In this document: piece after piece, positions 31,095 through 40,224 of the stretch | How the letters are laid out: every line of letters begins with the position of its first letter | Position numbering within the stretch: the stretch's first letter is position 1 | NCBI GenBank assembly: GCA_027494055.1 | Contig: JAOSJO010000001.1 | Span: 847,005-911,004 of the forward strand | Source: Anaerolineae bacterium | Lineage (GTDB): Bacteria > Chloroflexota > Anaerolineae > Aggregatilineales > JAFGMM01 | DNA: 64,000 nucleotides | Reading direction: 5' to 3' | Notes under the pieces: model-generated | Databases searched by the model: none | Told to the model about the DNA's origin: nothing | What the model saw: the letters and a program-made list of their open reading frames with translations, nothing else | Position numbers and translations under genes: made by a program

Positions 31095-33143
31095 ATGCTG
31101 ACTCGCAGGCGTGTGTGTATGTTGGTCTTGGTGGGGTTGCCGCCAGCCTGCTTGCCGCCTGCGGCGCGCCGCCGCTCACGCCCACGCCCACCGCGCCCGC
31201 GTCGGAAACGGCGACCGCGACCACGGCAATCGAGGCCGCGCTGGAGGCGTCGCCAAGCCCGCTGCCGACGGACACGGCAACCGCGACCGCCACCGCCACC
31301 GCCACCGCCACCGCCACCGTCCCGACGCGCACGCCGACGCCAACGCGGACTCCCGCGCCGACCGACACCCCGACGCCCACCCCGACGGCCACGCCCGCCG
31401 TCTCCGACACGCCCGCGCCGTCGCCGACGGGCACGCGCGAGTCGTCGCCGACCGAGAACGAGGCGCTCCTCGCCTCCGAGACTGTCACCGTCTTGCTTGA
31501 GGAGAACTTCGACGACGAGATTGCCGACGGCTGGCAGGTTGAAGGCGGCGCGTGGGGCATCCGCGAGCGCCAGTACGACCAGAGCAGCCTGGGCGGCCCC
31601 TACTGGTCCTACTACAACGCGCTGACGCCCACCGACTACGGCGCGCAGGCAGCGTTCAGGTTGCTCCCTGAGGCGTATGACGACACCAACCGTCGCATCG
31701 CCGGCCTGGCCGTGCGGATGAGCGATGTCAACAACTTCTGTTTTGCCGCCCTGGACTGGCTGGAGAATCGCGTCATCCTCTACCAGGTCGTCAACAACGA
31801 GTGGGAGACGCTGGCGTCGCGGTCGCTGCTGCTCTGGGAGGATTCGTGGTACACCCTGCGCGTCGTCGCGCGCGGCGCGTTCCTCCGCACTTACGTCGAT
31901 GGCGCGCTCCAGCTTGAAGCCAATTGTAGCCGCCACACACAGGGCTTCACCGGCATCCGGCTCAATGGCGGGCACTTTCGCGTCGACAACGTGCGCATCG
32001 AGGCGGTGACTCCTCTCACCATGCCGGCCACGCTCCCCTTTGTGGACGATTTCAACCGGGGCAACTCAGACGGCTGGTGGAAGCAAAACGGCGCGTGGCG
32101 CGTGCGCGACGGCGCGCTGGAACAGACCTATACCGGCGCGGGGGAGGTGTGGGCGTACATGCCCGAACTCGCGTTCGCCGACTACCGGGTTGAGGCGCGC
32201 ATCCAGCCCCTGCCCATCGAATCGGGCGAGGAGGTCAGGCCGCCGGGCGGCACGGTCGGCCTGATGCTGCGCATGACGGGCCTCTCGAACGGCTATTGGG
32301 GCGCCATCGACCTTGAAGAAGGCGACGTGCAAATCCTGGTCCGGCAGGGCGGCGCGTGGACCCTGCTCGGCAACCGCCCCCTTGACGAGGCCATCGACCT
32401 GACGGCCTGGCACACGCTGGCCTTCGAGGCGACCGGCGCGGAACTGCGCCTCTACCTCGACGGCGAGATTGTCGTCCAGGCCACCGACCGCACCCACCCT
32501 GCGGGGCAGCTCGGCATCATGACCAATCGCGGCCATTTCTTCATCGACGACATCCTGGTCACCGATACCACACCGCCGCCGACTCCTGAGGGCGCGCCGC
32601 CCGGCGCGCTGCCCTACCTGGACGATTTCGAAGACGGCTTCGCGGACGGCTGGGAGTTCACCGGCGGCGGTTGGGTTGTCGAAGACGGCGCGCTCGACCA
32701 GGCGCAGTTCTTCGACGGCAGCGAGGCGCTTGCGTGGGTAAACCTGCCCGGCAGGAACTACGCCATCACCGCCGATGTCCGCCTGGTGCCGGAGGCGTAT
32801 CAGGACGAGCACGGACGGTGGGTGGGGCTGTTGATCCGCTACCAGAACCCGCGCCGTGGCTACTGGGGCGTCGTCAACGTGCGCCGTGGCGAGGCGCAAA
32901 TCTGGCATGGCGACGGGCAGTCATGGCGTGCGCTCACCGTGCCCACCCCCGGTCGAGTTCGACATCGAAGGGTGGAACACGTTGCGCATCGAGGCGTTTG
33001 AGGATCAACTGCGCTTTCGGGTCAACGGCGAACTCATCGTTCAGGCGACAAACAGCGCGTGGCAGGAAGGCGGTTTCGGCGTGCGCATCCTGGAAGGCCA
33101 CTTCGAGATCGACAACCTGTTTGTCGAGGAGATCGACCGCTAA
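31095..33143 (+). CDS. lipoprotein with PT-rich linker and three DUF1080/LamG-like jelly-roll domains (frame breaks near 31135 and 32946-32950)
   Basis: Lipobox SLLAAC. The domain starts repeat three times: FDDEIADGWQVEGGAWGI, FNRGNSDGWWKQNGAWRVRDGALEQ and FEDGFADGWEFTGGGWVVEDGALDQ. Each domain ends ..G.F..DN/D...V. Confidence 0.65.
31286..31319. repeat. (ACCGCC)n hexanucleotide microsatellite, about 5.7 copies, coding for (TA)n
   Basis: ACCGCCACCGCCACCGCCACCGCCACCGCCACCG inside the PT-rich linker. Confidence 0.8.
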
Positions 33144-33154
33144 GCGCGGCCTCA

Positions 33155-34844
33155 TCAGGGCGCCACGAACTGCGCGCACACCTCCGGCGAGGCGTCGAGC
33201 ACCGGGCTGACGGCCTGGGCGCAGAGGGTGTACGCGCCCGGCGGCAGCGCCTCCAGCGTGATCCCGGCGGCGTGCGCGGCCAGGTCTTCCGCGCGGTACA
33301 GGGCGCGCGTCTGGCCTTCAGGGCCGTCGAGCCGCGCGCGGTAGGTCAGCGCACCGGTGGGCCACCATGCCGACGCGCTGATCGTAAACGTCGCCGTCTG
33401 CGTGCCCACAGGCAGCAGGACGATGTTCTCTGCGTAGACGGGTCTGGAGGGGCCGCCATCCACTGACAGGGTCAGGCGCGGCGTTGGCGGGTCCGGGCGG
33501 TAGGTGCTGACGTACACGCGGTCGGTCCGGAAGACGAGCAGGCCGCCCCGGTCCCGGTCCACGTGCGTGAGGTGTGCCCGGCTCTCGGCCAGGCCGCTGT
33601 TCTCCACGTTGAAAACGACCCAGGCTTCGGTATCCGGGTCGAAGCGCGCCACGCCTTCCGCCGTCCCAATCCACAACATGCCGGCCGGGTCGGCCATGAC
33701 GCTGCTCGCCCCGGCGAATGGGAGCCGGGTTTCGGCCCAGCCGCGCCATCCGTCTGCCTCCGGCGCGTTGTGCAGGAGGGCGTCGCCGGCCACCGCCCAC
33801 AGGCTGCCATCCTGCGCCCGGCGCGCAATGCTCTCGACCGGCGCGCTGACCGCGATCAGCCCGTCATCGCCCGCGCTGAGCAGGTTTGCGCTGCCGTGAA
33901 GGCCGAACCAGATCGTGTCGCCGGTCACGAGCGCGGCGGTGATCTCGTAGTCGCCGGGCGTGTCCGCGTCGAGCGGGGGGTCTGCACGTCCCACGTCTCC
34001 GCCACGATGTCGTAGCCGGCGACGCCGCCGCGCGTGACGACGGCCATCACGCGCCCGTCCTCGGCCGGCTGCAGGTCGATGACGCGGTCATCGGGCAGGG
34101 GGGCTGTCGGCGGCAGTCCAACTCTGCCAGGCGTCGCCCAGGTAGCGGCTTACGCCGCGATCCACGCTGCCGGCCCACAGGCCGCCGGCGGCGTCCTCCG
34201 CCAGCGCCGTGATGTCGTTGCTCACCAGCCCTTCGACCTCGGCGTTGAAGAAGAGCCACCGCCCGGAGGGGTCCAGCCCGCTCAGGCTGCCCTCGGTGGA
34301 GACCGGGTCGTAGGCCGCAAACCACAGCACGCCGTAGCTGTCGCGCAGCACGTCACGCACCTCGTAGAGCGCCATCCCCCGGTAAGCCGGGATGCCGTTC
34401 TCCCACCGGTCGGGGTCGAGCCGGAACGCGCCGGCGTCGGTGGCGAGCCACACCGCGCCGCGTGAGTCGGTGACGGGGCGCGCCACCGGCGACGGCGCCA
34501 GGCCGAAAGCGTCCCAGGGCGGCGCGGGGAATGCATCGACCGGCGTGCTGACGTCCTCCGGCAGGGCGACATCCGCCGGGAAGGTCTGCCAGATGCGCGC
34601 GTCGAAACGACTCACGGCGTTGGGATGGACGAACCACATGCTCCCGTCCGCCGCTTCGACGACATCCAGCACGCGCAGGTCAGCAAGGCCGCTGTTGCCC
34701 GGCGTGAAACGCGCCCAACGAGGGTTGAGCGCGCCGGGGTCCTGGGCGACGCCGGGGCGGGCGAGTGCGAGGCACAACAAGAGCGCCGCAATCGGCAGGC
34801 GCAGCGCAGCGGCGCGTCATGCGGCGCGTCATCCGGCGCGTCAT
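33155..34844 (-). CDS. secreted beta-propeller protein (two-component-regulator-propeller-like) with C-terminal Ig-like domain (at least three frame breaks)
   Basis: Fragments 34088..34780 and 33155..33994, plus a bridging piece ..DDRVIDLQPAEDGRVMAVVTRGGVAGYDIVAETWDVQ... Repeats of the type G.LW.AT..G..RFD are present. Breaks are at the G6 runs 34098-34103 and 33975-33980. The signal-peptide region is out of frame with ATG 34844/34832/34820. Confidence 0.5.
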
Positions 34845-34846
34845 GC
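34811..34846. repeat. 12-nt unit GGCGCGTCATGC in three tandem copies
   Basis: Copies lie at 34811-22, 34823-34 (one mismatch) and 34835-46. Each carries ATGA on the minus strand. The last copy holds the NUDIX stop and the first ATG of the downstream gene. Confidence 0.85.
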
Positions 34847-35485
34847 GCCAATCACCGCCCGGAGCCGGTGCTCCAGCTCGCTGAGGATCATCGCCGTCGC
34901 ACCCCAGACGTTCTCCCCATCCACGCGATAGTACGGCACCCATAGCCTGTACCCGCCGAGGTTCCATTCCTCGGCCATTTTCACGTCGTCGTCGATCAAC
35001 TGCGCGAGCGGGAACTCGATCACGCGCGCGACCTCGGCAGGGTCGGGCCGCCAGGCCGGCCGGGCGGGCGTGTAGCCCACCGTGGGGTAAATGTTGAAGT
35101 CGCTGGGGGTGCGCAGGTTGGCGAGCGCGCCGAGCACCTGCACAGCGCGCGGGTTGACGCCAAGCTCCTCTTGCGCCTCGCGCAGCGCCGTCTCCACCAG
35201 CGATTCGCTATTCTCGTGCTGCCCGCCAGGGAAACTGACCTGCCCGCTGTGCGCGTCGTGCGGCTGGTCGGCGCGGCGCATCAGGACAATGGACAGGTCG
35301 CCCTCCCCGCCCGGAAAGAGCAGCGCGAGCACGCCCGCCAGGCGCGCGCCGCCCGGCTTCCAGGGTGGGCGGCGGGTGGTGCGCGGGCGCGGCGTCATGC
35401 GCTGGCGTGCGGCGTCCACGTCGAAGTTGGGCAGGGCAAGGGCTGCGTGGATATGGTCAAGCGTTATACCGGTCCTCTTTCCCAT
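34841..35485 (-). CDS. NUDIX hydrolase (CoA-pyrophosphatase-like)
   Basis: MGKRTGITLD.. start at 35485. The Nudix box is GGQHENSESLVETALREAQEELGV. Only the last 214 codons of ORF-track entry 34841..36379 are credible. Confidence 0.8.
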   Translation of the reverse strand: MGKRTGITLDHIHAALALPNFDVDAARQRMTPRPRTTRRPPWKPGGARLAGVLALLFPGGEGDLSIVLMRRADQPHDAHSGQVSFPGGQHENSESLVETALREAQEELGVNPRAVQVLGALANLRTPSDFNIYPTVGYTPARPAWRPDPAEVARVIEFPLAQLIDDDVKMAEEWNLGGYRLWVPYYRVDGENVWGATAMILSELEHRLRAVIGA

Positions 35486-35512
35486 GACGACGCCAATTTT
35501 ACCGCGCTTTGG

Positions 35513-35541
35513 TTGACAGCGGGCAGCGCCGGTGTTAAAAG
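35513..35541 (+). promoter_or_regulatory. sigma70-like promoter candidate for the KARI-like gene
   Basis: TTGACA (35513-35518), a 17-nt spacer, then TAAAAG (35536-35541), about 80 nt upstream of the start at 35624. Confidence 0.3.
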
Positions 35542-35623
35542 AGCGGTTGGCGCTTGCGCGTGGCCTGTTTCGCGCCAATCGCTGTCTTTGATGGCGCATG
35601 TCCGCGAAGGATGAAACCCGCAA

Positions 35624-36655
35624 ATGGTCACACGACTGTACCGCGAAGACGACGCCAACCTGAGCCTGCTGACGCGCAAGCGCATCGCGCTGATCGGGTA
35701 TGGCAACCTGGGCCGGCCTGTCGCGCTCAACCTGCGCGACAGCGGCCTGCGCCTCCTGGTCGGCAACCTGGAGGACATCTACGCCGAGCGCGCGCGCACC
35801 GACGGCTTCGAGGTGCTGACTATCGACCAGGCTGCGCAGCGCGCCAACGTGCTCTGGATGCTGGTTCCCGACGAGGTGATGCCCAGGGTGTACCTGGAGA
35901 TGATCTCGCCCAGCCTCAAAAAGGGCGACACGCTGGTGTTCGCCTCCGGGTATAACGTCGCGTTTGGCTTCATCGAGCCGCCGACGTTCGTCGATGTGAT
36001 CATGGTCGCGCCGCGCATGATTGGCGCGGGCGTGCGCGAGAGCTACCTGGACGGCAGGGGCTTCCTGAGCTTCGTGGGCGTCGAGCGCGACGCGAGCGGC
36101 CAGGCCATGGCGACGGCCCTCGCGCTGGCGAAGGGGATCGGCTCGCTGCGCGCCGGCGCGATGCCGCTGACTTTCGAGCAGGAAGCCGAATTGGACCTTT
36201 TCGTGCAGCAGGGTTTCATGGCCGCGCTCTACCAGTTGCTCAATACCGCCATCTCGGTGCTGGTTGATCGCGGCTACCCGCCGGAGGCGGCGTGCGCCGA
36301 ACTCTATTTCTCCGGCGAGCTGGCCTTCATCTTTGAGAAAGTCGCCCAGGTTGGCGTGCTCGAGCAGGCGCAGGCGCACTCACTCACGAGCCGCTACGGC
36401 GTGCTCTCGCGCTATGAGCGCTTCGCTGAGCCGAAGATACGCCGGCAGATGGAGGCGATCCTGGAGGAGATCAGAAGCGGCGCGTTCGCGCAGGGCTGGA
36501 CCAGCGAGTACAACAGCGGTTACCCGAACCTGCGCGAACTCATGGACCGTTTCGCGCGCTGGCCCGCCTGGCACGCCGAGGACCGCACGCTCAAGCTGCT
36601 CGCCGGGGAAAACGACGGCGAGCGCGAGGACGATACCCGCCCTGGGCGGGCGTGA
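35624..36655 (+). CDS. ketol-acid reductoisomerase family protein (divergent IlvC-like paralog)
   Basis: Intact 343-aa ORF with class-I KARI architecture (..RIALIGYGNLGRPVALNLRDSG.., ..VDVIMVAPRMIGAGVR.., ..AELDLFVQQ..). Several canonical motifs are altered; see findings. Confidence 0.65.
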   Translation: MVTRLYREDDANLSLLTRKRIALIGYGNLGRPVALNLRDSGLRLLVGNLEDIYAERARTDGFEVLTIDQAAQRANVLWMLVPDEVMPRVYLEMISPSLKKGDTLVFASGYNVAFGFIEPPTFVDVIMVAPRMIGAGVRESYLDGRGFLSFVGVERDASGQAMATALALAKGIGSLRAGAMPLTFEQEAELDLFVQQGFMAALYQLLNTAISVLVDRGYPPEAACAELYFSGELAFIFEKVAQVGVLEQAQAHSLTSRYGVLSRYERFAEPKIRRQMEAILEEIRSGAFAQGWTSEYNSGYPNLRELMDRFARWPAWHAEDRTLKLLAGENDGEREDDTRPGRA

Positions 36656-36688
36656 CGCGCTACGCGCACGTCCCCCAAGCAGAAGAAA

Positions 36689-36712
36689 GCCGCCCGGTGG
36701 CGGCCTTGTTCT
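36689..36712. terminator. bidirectional intrinsic terminator between convergent genes
   Basis: GCCGCC-CGGT-GGCGGC (36689-36704) is flanked by AGAAGAAA upstream and CTTGTTCT downstream. Confidence 0.65.
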
Positions 36713-36755
36713 GTCGCACCTTGTCGAGTTGAGAACGAATCGATGGGGGCGTGGC

Positions 36756-36929
36756 TTACTCGGCCTTCTTCTCGGTTTCGTCTTCACCCGCCGGCTCGTT
36801 GAGGCCGCGCCGGAACTCGCGGATGGCGGTGCCCAACTCGCCGCCGATGCGGCCCAAACGTCCCACGCCGAACAATATCACCACGATCACCAGGATGATG
36901 ATCAACTCAGTTGGCCCCAGGTGTGGCAT
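36756..36929 (-). CDS. tatA: twin-arginine translocase subunit TatA/E
   Basis: 57-aa ORF, below the ORF-track cutoff: MPHLGPTELIIILVIVVILFGVGRLGRIGGELGTAIREFRRGLNEPAGEDETEKKAE. It shows a TM helix, FG hinge and amphipathic helix. Confidence 0.85.
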   Translation of the reverse strand: MPHLGPTELIIILVIVVILFGVGRLGRIGGELGTAIREFRRGLNEPAGEDETEKKAE

Positions 36930-37101
36930 TTACCTGCTCCTTGCAACGCGATTGCATCAGCGATCACATGCATTATAACACATCCCACCGTGGAAAGGGT
37001 GTTTCGTAACGAAATGAACAGGCCGCGTTTCGTTTTTCCAGCGCCGGTTGTCAAAGCATAACGGCTCTGCTACACTACCCACCAATTCACGCGGAGGAGA
37101 C

Positions 37102-38751
37102 ATGCCCGCACAGGCGCTCTACCTTAAATGGCGCCCGATGACCCTGGACGACGTGGTTGGTCAGGAACACGTGACCACCACGCTGCGCAATGCGCTCAAG
37201 CAGGAAAAGGTGCGCCACGCCTACCTGTTCAGCGGGCCGCGCGGCACCGGCAAGACGAGCGTCGCGCGCCTGCTGGCGAAGGCGGTCAACTGCCTGAACC
37301 CAGACCCCGCCCAGCGCCCGGACAACACCTGCCCGCACTGCGTCGCGGTGAATGAGGGCCGGTTCCTTGACCTGATCGAGATCGACGCCGCCAGCCACAC
37401 CGGCGTTGACGACGTGCGCGACCTGCGCGACAAGATTGCCTTCAGCCCCAGCCAGGGGCGCTACAAAGTCTACATCATCGACGAGGTACACCGCTTCTCC
37501 GGGGCCGCCTTCGATGCGTTGCTCAAGACCCTGGAGGAGCCGCCCGCCCACGCCCTGTTCGTGCTCGCGACCACCGAGATCGACAAGGTCCCGGCGACGA
37601 TCAAGTCGCGGTGCCAGCGCTTCGACTTCAAGCGCATTCCCCACGGCCAGATCGTCGCGCGGCTGGCGGAGATGACCGACGCCGAGGGCCTGAAAGTTGA
37701 GCGGCGCGCGCTGGAGCTGGTGGCACGGCAGAGCACCGGCAGCCTGCGCGACGCGATCAGCCTGATGGACCAACTGGTCGCCGACCCGGAGGCGGAGATC
37801 ACGCTGGCGATGGCCGAGGACGTGCTCGGCGTCACGGGCGGGGAGGCAGCCGGTGAGGTGGTCCAGGCGGTGCTGGCGATGGACACCGCCGCCGGCCTGG
37901 AGGCGATCAACCGCGCGATCAGCGCCGGGGCCGAGCCGCGCCAGCTCGCGCGCGAGATCGTGGACTGGATGCGCAACGTGCTGCTGGTCTCGGTCGGCGG
38001 GCCGGGCATGGTGGACGTGTCCGAGAAGGCCGCCGAGGCGCTGTCGCGGCAGGCGCAGTCCGCGAACCGCGCGCTGCTGGTCCGCGCGATCCGCGCCTTC
38101 AACGACGCCATCCAGGAGGCGCACGGCGGCTGGCAGCCGCAGTTGCCCCTGGAGCTGGCCCTGGTGAGCTGCACGCTCCGGCCCGAACCGGCGGACGCAG
38201 CGCCGGCAACAGCGCCCGCGCCCGCAGCGCAGAAGCCGTCCCAGGCCCCGGAGGCCAGGCCGGCAGCGCCCGCGCCCCCGCCGCCAGCCCCGGAGGTCGA
38301 AGCGGCGCCGGATGAAGGGGATTTGGCCGACGCGTCGGGCGGCGGGCCGGCCACCGTCACCCTTGCGGAGGTCGTGGCGCGCTGGGACGAGATCGTCCAG
38401 AAGACGCGGCGCTATAGCACGATTGCGGGCGCGCGCCTGGGGAACTTCCAGCCGGTCCGGGTGGAAGGAAACCGGCTGGTGCTGAGTTCCAACCCCTTCT
38501 TCCGGGGCAAGTTCGACGACGCGGAGTATCAGGACGCGCTCCTCGACGCGCTGTCTGCCGTGTTTGGCGTGCAGATGGCGCTCAGCGTCGTGGTGAGCGA
38601 GGACAGCGAGACCCACGACAACCCGCCGGCGCGGGATGAGACCCTGAACGGCGACCCGCTCCTGAAGGCGGCAGTCGAGGAGCTTGGTGGGACCATCACG
38701 TCGGTCGAGCAGAAGCTTATCAACGACGACAGCCTCGACGCGCGTGGCTGA
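37102..38751 (+). CDS. dnaX: DNA polymerase III subunit gamma/tau
   Basis: ATG 37102 after a GGAGGAG RBS. It has ..VVGQEHV..YLFSGPRGTGKTS..CxxC..IIDEVHRFS..LKTLEEPP..SRCQRF.. and a Pro/Ala-rich tau-like C-terminal region. Confidence 0.95.
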   Translation: MPAQALYLKWRPMTLDDVVGQEHVTTTLRNALKQEKVRHAYLFSGPRGTGKTSVARLLAKAVNCLNPDPAQRPDNTCPHCVAVNEGRFLDLIEIDAASHTGVDDVRDLRDKIAFSPSQGRYKVYIIDEVHRFSGAAFDALLKTLEEPPAHALFVLATTEIDKVPATIKSRCQRFDFKRIPHGQIVARLAEMTDAEGLKVERRALELVARQSTGSLRDAISLMDQLVADPEAEITLAMAEDVLGVTGGEAAGEVVQAVLAMDTAAGLEAINRAISAGAEPRQLAREIVDWMRNVLLVSVGGPGMVDVSEKAAEALSRQAQSANRALLVRAIRAFNDAIQEAHGGWQPQLPLELALVSCTLRPEPADAAPATAPAPAAQKPSQAPEARPAAPAPPPPAPEVEAAPDEGDLADASGGGPATVTLAEVVARWDEIVQKTRRYSTIAGARLGNFQPVRVEGNRLVLSSNPFFRGKFDDAEYQDALLDALSAVFGVQMALSVVVSEDSETHDNPPARDETLNGDPLLKAAVEELGGTITSVEQKLINDDSLDARG

Positions 38752-38786
38752 GCGCGCCCGGCGCAAGAGGCGAGGAGGTTAACGCT

Positions 38787-39173
38787 ATGGCAAAACGCAA
38801 AGGGCGCGGTGAGCGCCCGGTGCCGAGCGCAACCGGCATGTTGCAGCAGATCCAGCAGATCCAGGCGGACATGCTCGCGGCGCAGGAGGCGCTTGGCGAT
38901 GAGACGGTCGAGGTCACTGCCGGCGGCGGCGCGATCACCGTCGTCATTACCGGGCACCAGGAGGTGCGCGAGGTGCGCATCGACCCCGACGTGATCGACC
39001 TCGATGACGAGGAATGGCTCACCGACCTGCAAGACCTGATTGTGGCGGCGATGAACCAGGCCGTCGAGCGAAGCAAGGAAATGGCTGCGCAACGCATGCA
39101 GGATATCGCCGGGCCGCTGGCCGGTATGATGGGCGGCGCGGGCCTCGGCGACCTGGGTAGGTTGCTGGGTTAA
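38787..39173 (+). CDS. ybaB: YbaB/EbfC family nucleoid-associated protein
   Basis: ..MLQQIQQIQADMLAAQEALGDETVEVTAGGGAITVVITGHQEVREVRIDPDVI.., in the conserved position between dnaX and recR. Confidence 0.9.
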   Translation: MAKRKGRGERPVPSATGMLQQIQQIQADMLAAQEALGDETVEVTAGGGAITVVITGHQEVREVRIDPDVIDLDDEEWLTDLQDLIVAAMNQAVERSKEMAAQRMQDIAGPLAGMMGGAGLGDLGRLLG

Positions 39174-39183
39174 GGATGATGCT

Positions 39184-39788
39184 GTGAGCAGAGCCATCCC
39201 CGAAGCGGTCACGCACCTTATCGAGCAGTTCTCGCGCCTGCCCGGAATCGGGCCGAAGAGCGCGTCACGGCTCACTTATTTCCCTGCTGCGCGCGCCGGA
39301 CGAGCAGACCGAGACGCTCGCTGCGGCGTTGCTTGAGCTGAAGCGCAGCACGGGCTATTGTTCGATCTGTTTCAACATCACCGATACCGACCCCTGCGCC
39401 ATCTGCGCCGACCCGGACCGCGAGCGGCGCGTGATCGCCGTTGTGGAGGAGCCGCTCAACGTGCTGGCAATCGAGCGCACGGGCAGTTTCCGCGGGCTGT
39501 ACCACGTGCTGCACGGCGCGATCAGCCCGGTGGAGGGCGTCGGCCCGGACGACCTGCGCATCCGCGAGCTTGTGGCGCGCGCGCAGACCGGCGAGGTCGA
39601 GGAGATCATCATTGCGACCAACCCCCGGCCTCGAAGGGGACGCGACCGCGATGTACATCCAGCGCCAGATTGCGCCGCTGGGCGTCCAACTGTCGCGGCT
39701 GGCGCGCGGCCTGCCGACCGGCGGCGACCTGGACTACGTGGACTCGGTCACATTGATCCGCGCGCTTGAGGGGAGAGTGGCGATGTGA
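39184..39788 (+). CDS. recR: recombination protein RecR (two frame breaks)
   Basis: ..[22 protein letters not shown]|LLRAP.., zinc finger [16 protein letters not shown], Toprim ..[37 protein letters not shown]|[10 protein letters not shown]... Breaks are at 39282-39284 and at the C5 run 39622-39626. Confidence 0.85.
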
Positions 39789-39822
39789 CCGGCAGGGGCG
39801 GGGTGTCTGTTCGGCGCCCCGC

Positions 39823-39938
39823 GATGGTGTGTTTATCGCAGCCCGACGACTGAAGTCGTCGGTCAATCACATAGAATGGCGTACAAGAATATGAATTAGC
39901 CCGCGATTTCAGTCGCGGGGGCCAAAGGGTGAACAGAT
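39823..39938 (+). repeat. family-2 dispersed 116-bp element with two hairpins (copy 1)
   Basis: ATGGTGTGTTT..AGCCCGACGACTGAAGTCGTCGG..ATTAGCCCGCGATTTCAGTCGCGGG..GAACAGATA. By hand alignment it is about 80 percent identical to the reverse complement of 56409-56523. Confidence 0.8.
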
Positions 39939-39986
39939 ACAGGGTGGGCCGGATTGAGTAAGAGGGGCATTCGTTCCAGAATTCAC

Positions 39987-40014
39987 TTGACAATTCCCGC
40001 AAGTCGGGTACGAT
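39987..40014 (+). promoter_or_regulatory. sigma70-like promoter candidate for the amino-acid ABC transporter operon
   Basis: TTGACA (39987-39992), a 16-nt spacer, then TACGAT (40009-40014), about 210 nt upstream of ATG 40225. Confidence 0.4.
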
Positions 40015-40224
40015 TGCCCTTTTAAAGTCTCATGTACACTTTCTAAATGAAGTTGCCTGAAAACCAACCGGGAAGGGGGTGGTTTGGGCGTATTGGCTTA
40101 TGTCTCGACCTTGGCGTTCGCTCCCGCCTGTCCAGGGCCGCCCACCCACGTCGCGGAAGCGGCAATCTCTAGAGCGCTGCAGAAGCGCGCTCACAGCAAA
40201 GAGGCAATTTAAGGAGGAGAGGAC

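Noticed and set aside
35486-36379. Upstream two-thirds of ORF-track entry 34841..36379 (-)
   Set aside because: It is antisense to the KARI-like gene and has no protein-like pattern. Only the last 214 codons (MGKRTG.., Nudix box) are credible.
37102-38751. Programmed ribosomal frameshift site in dnaX (gamma/tau)
   Set aside because: I saw no A AAA AAG-type slippery heptamer followed by a hairpin within the gene. The ORF is simply continuous.
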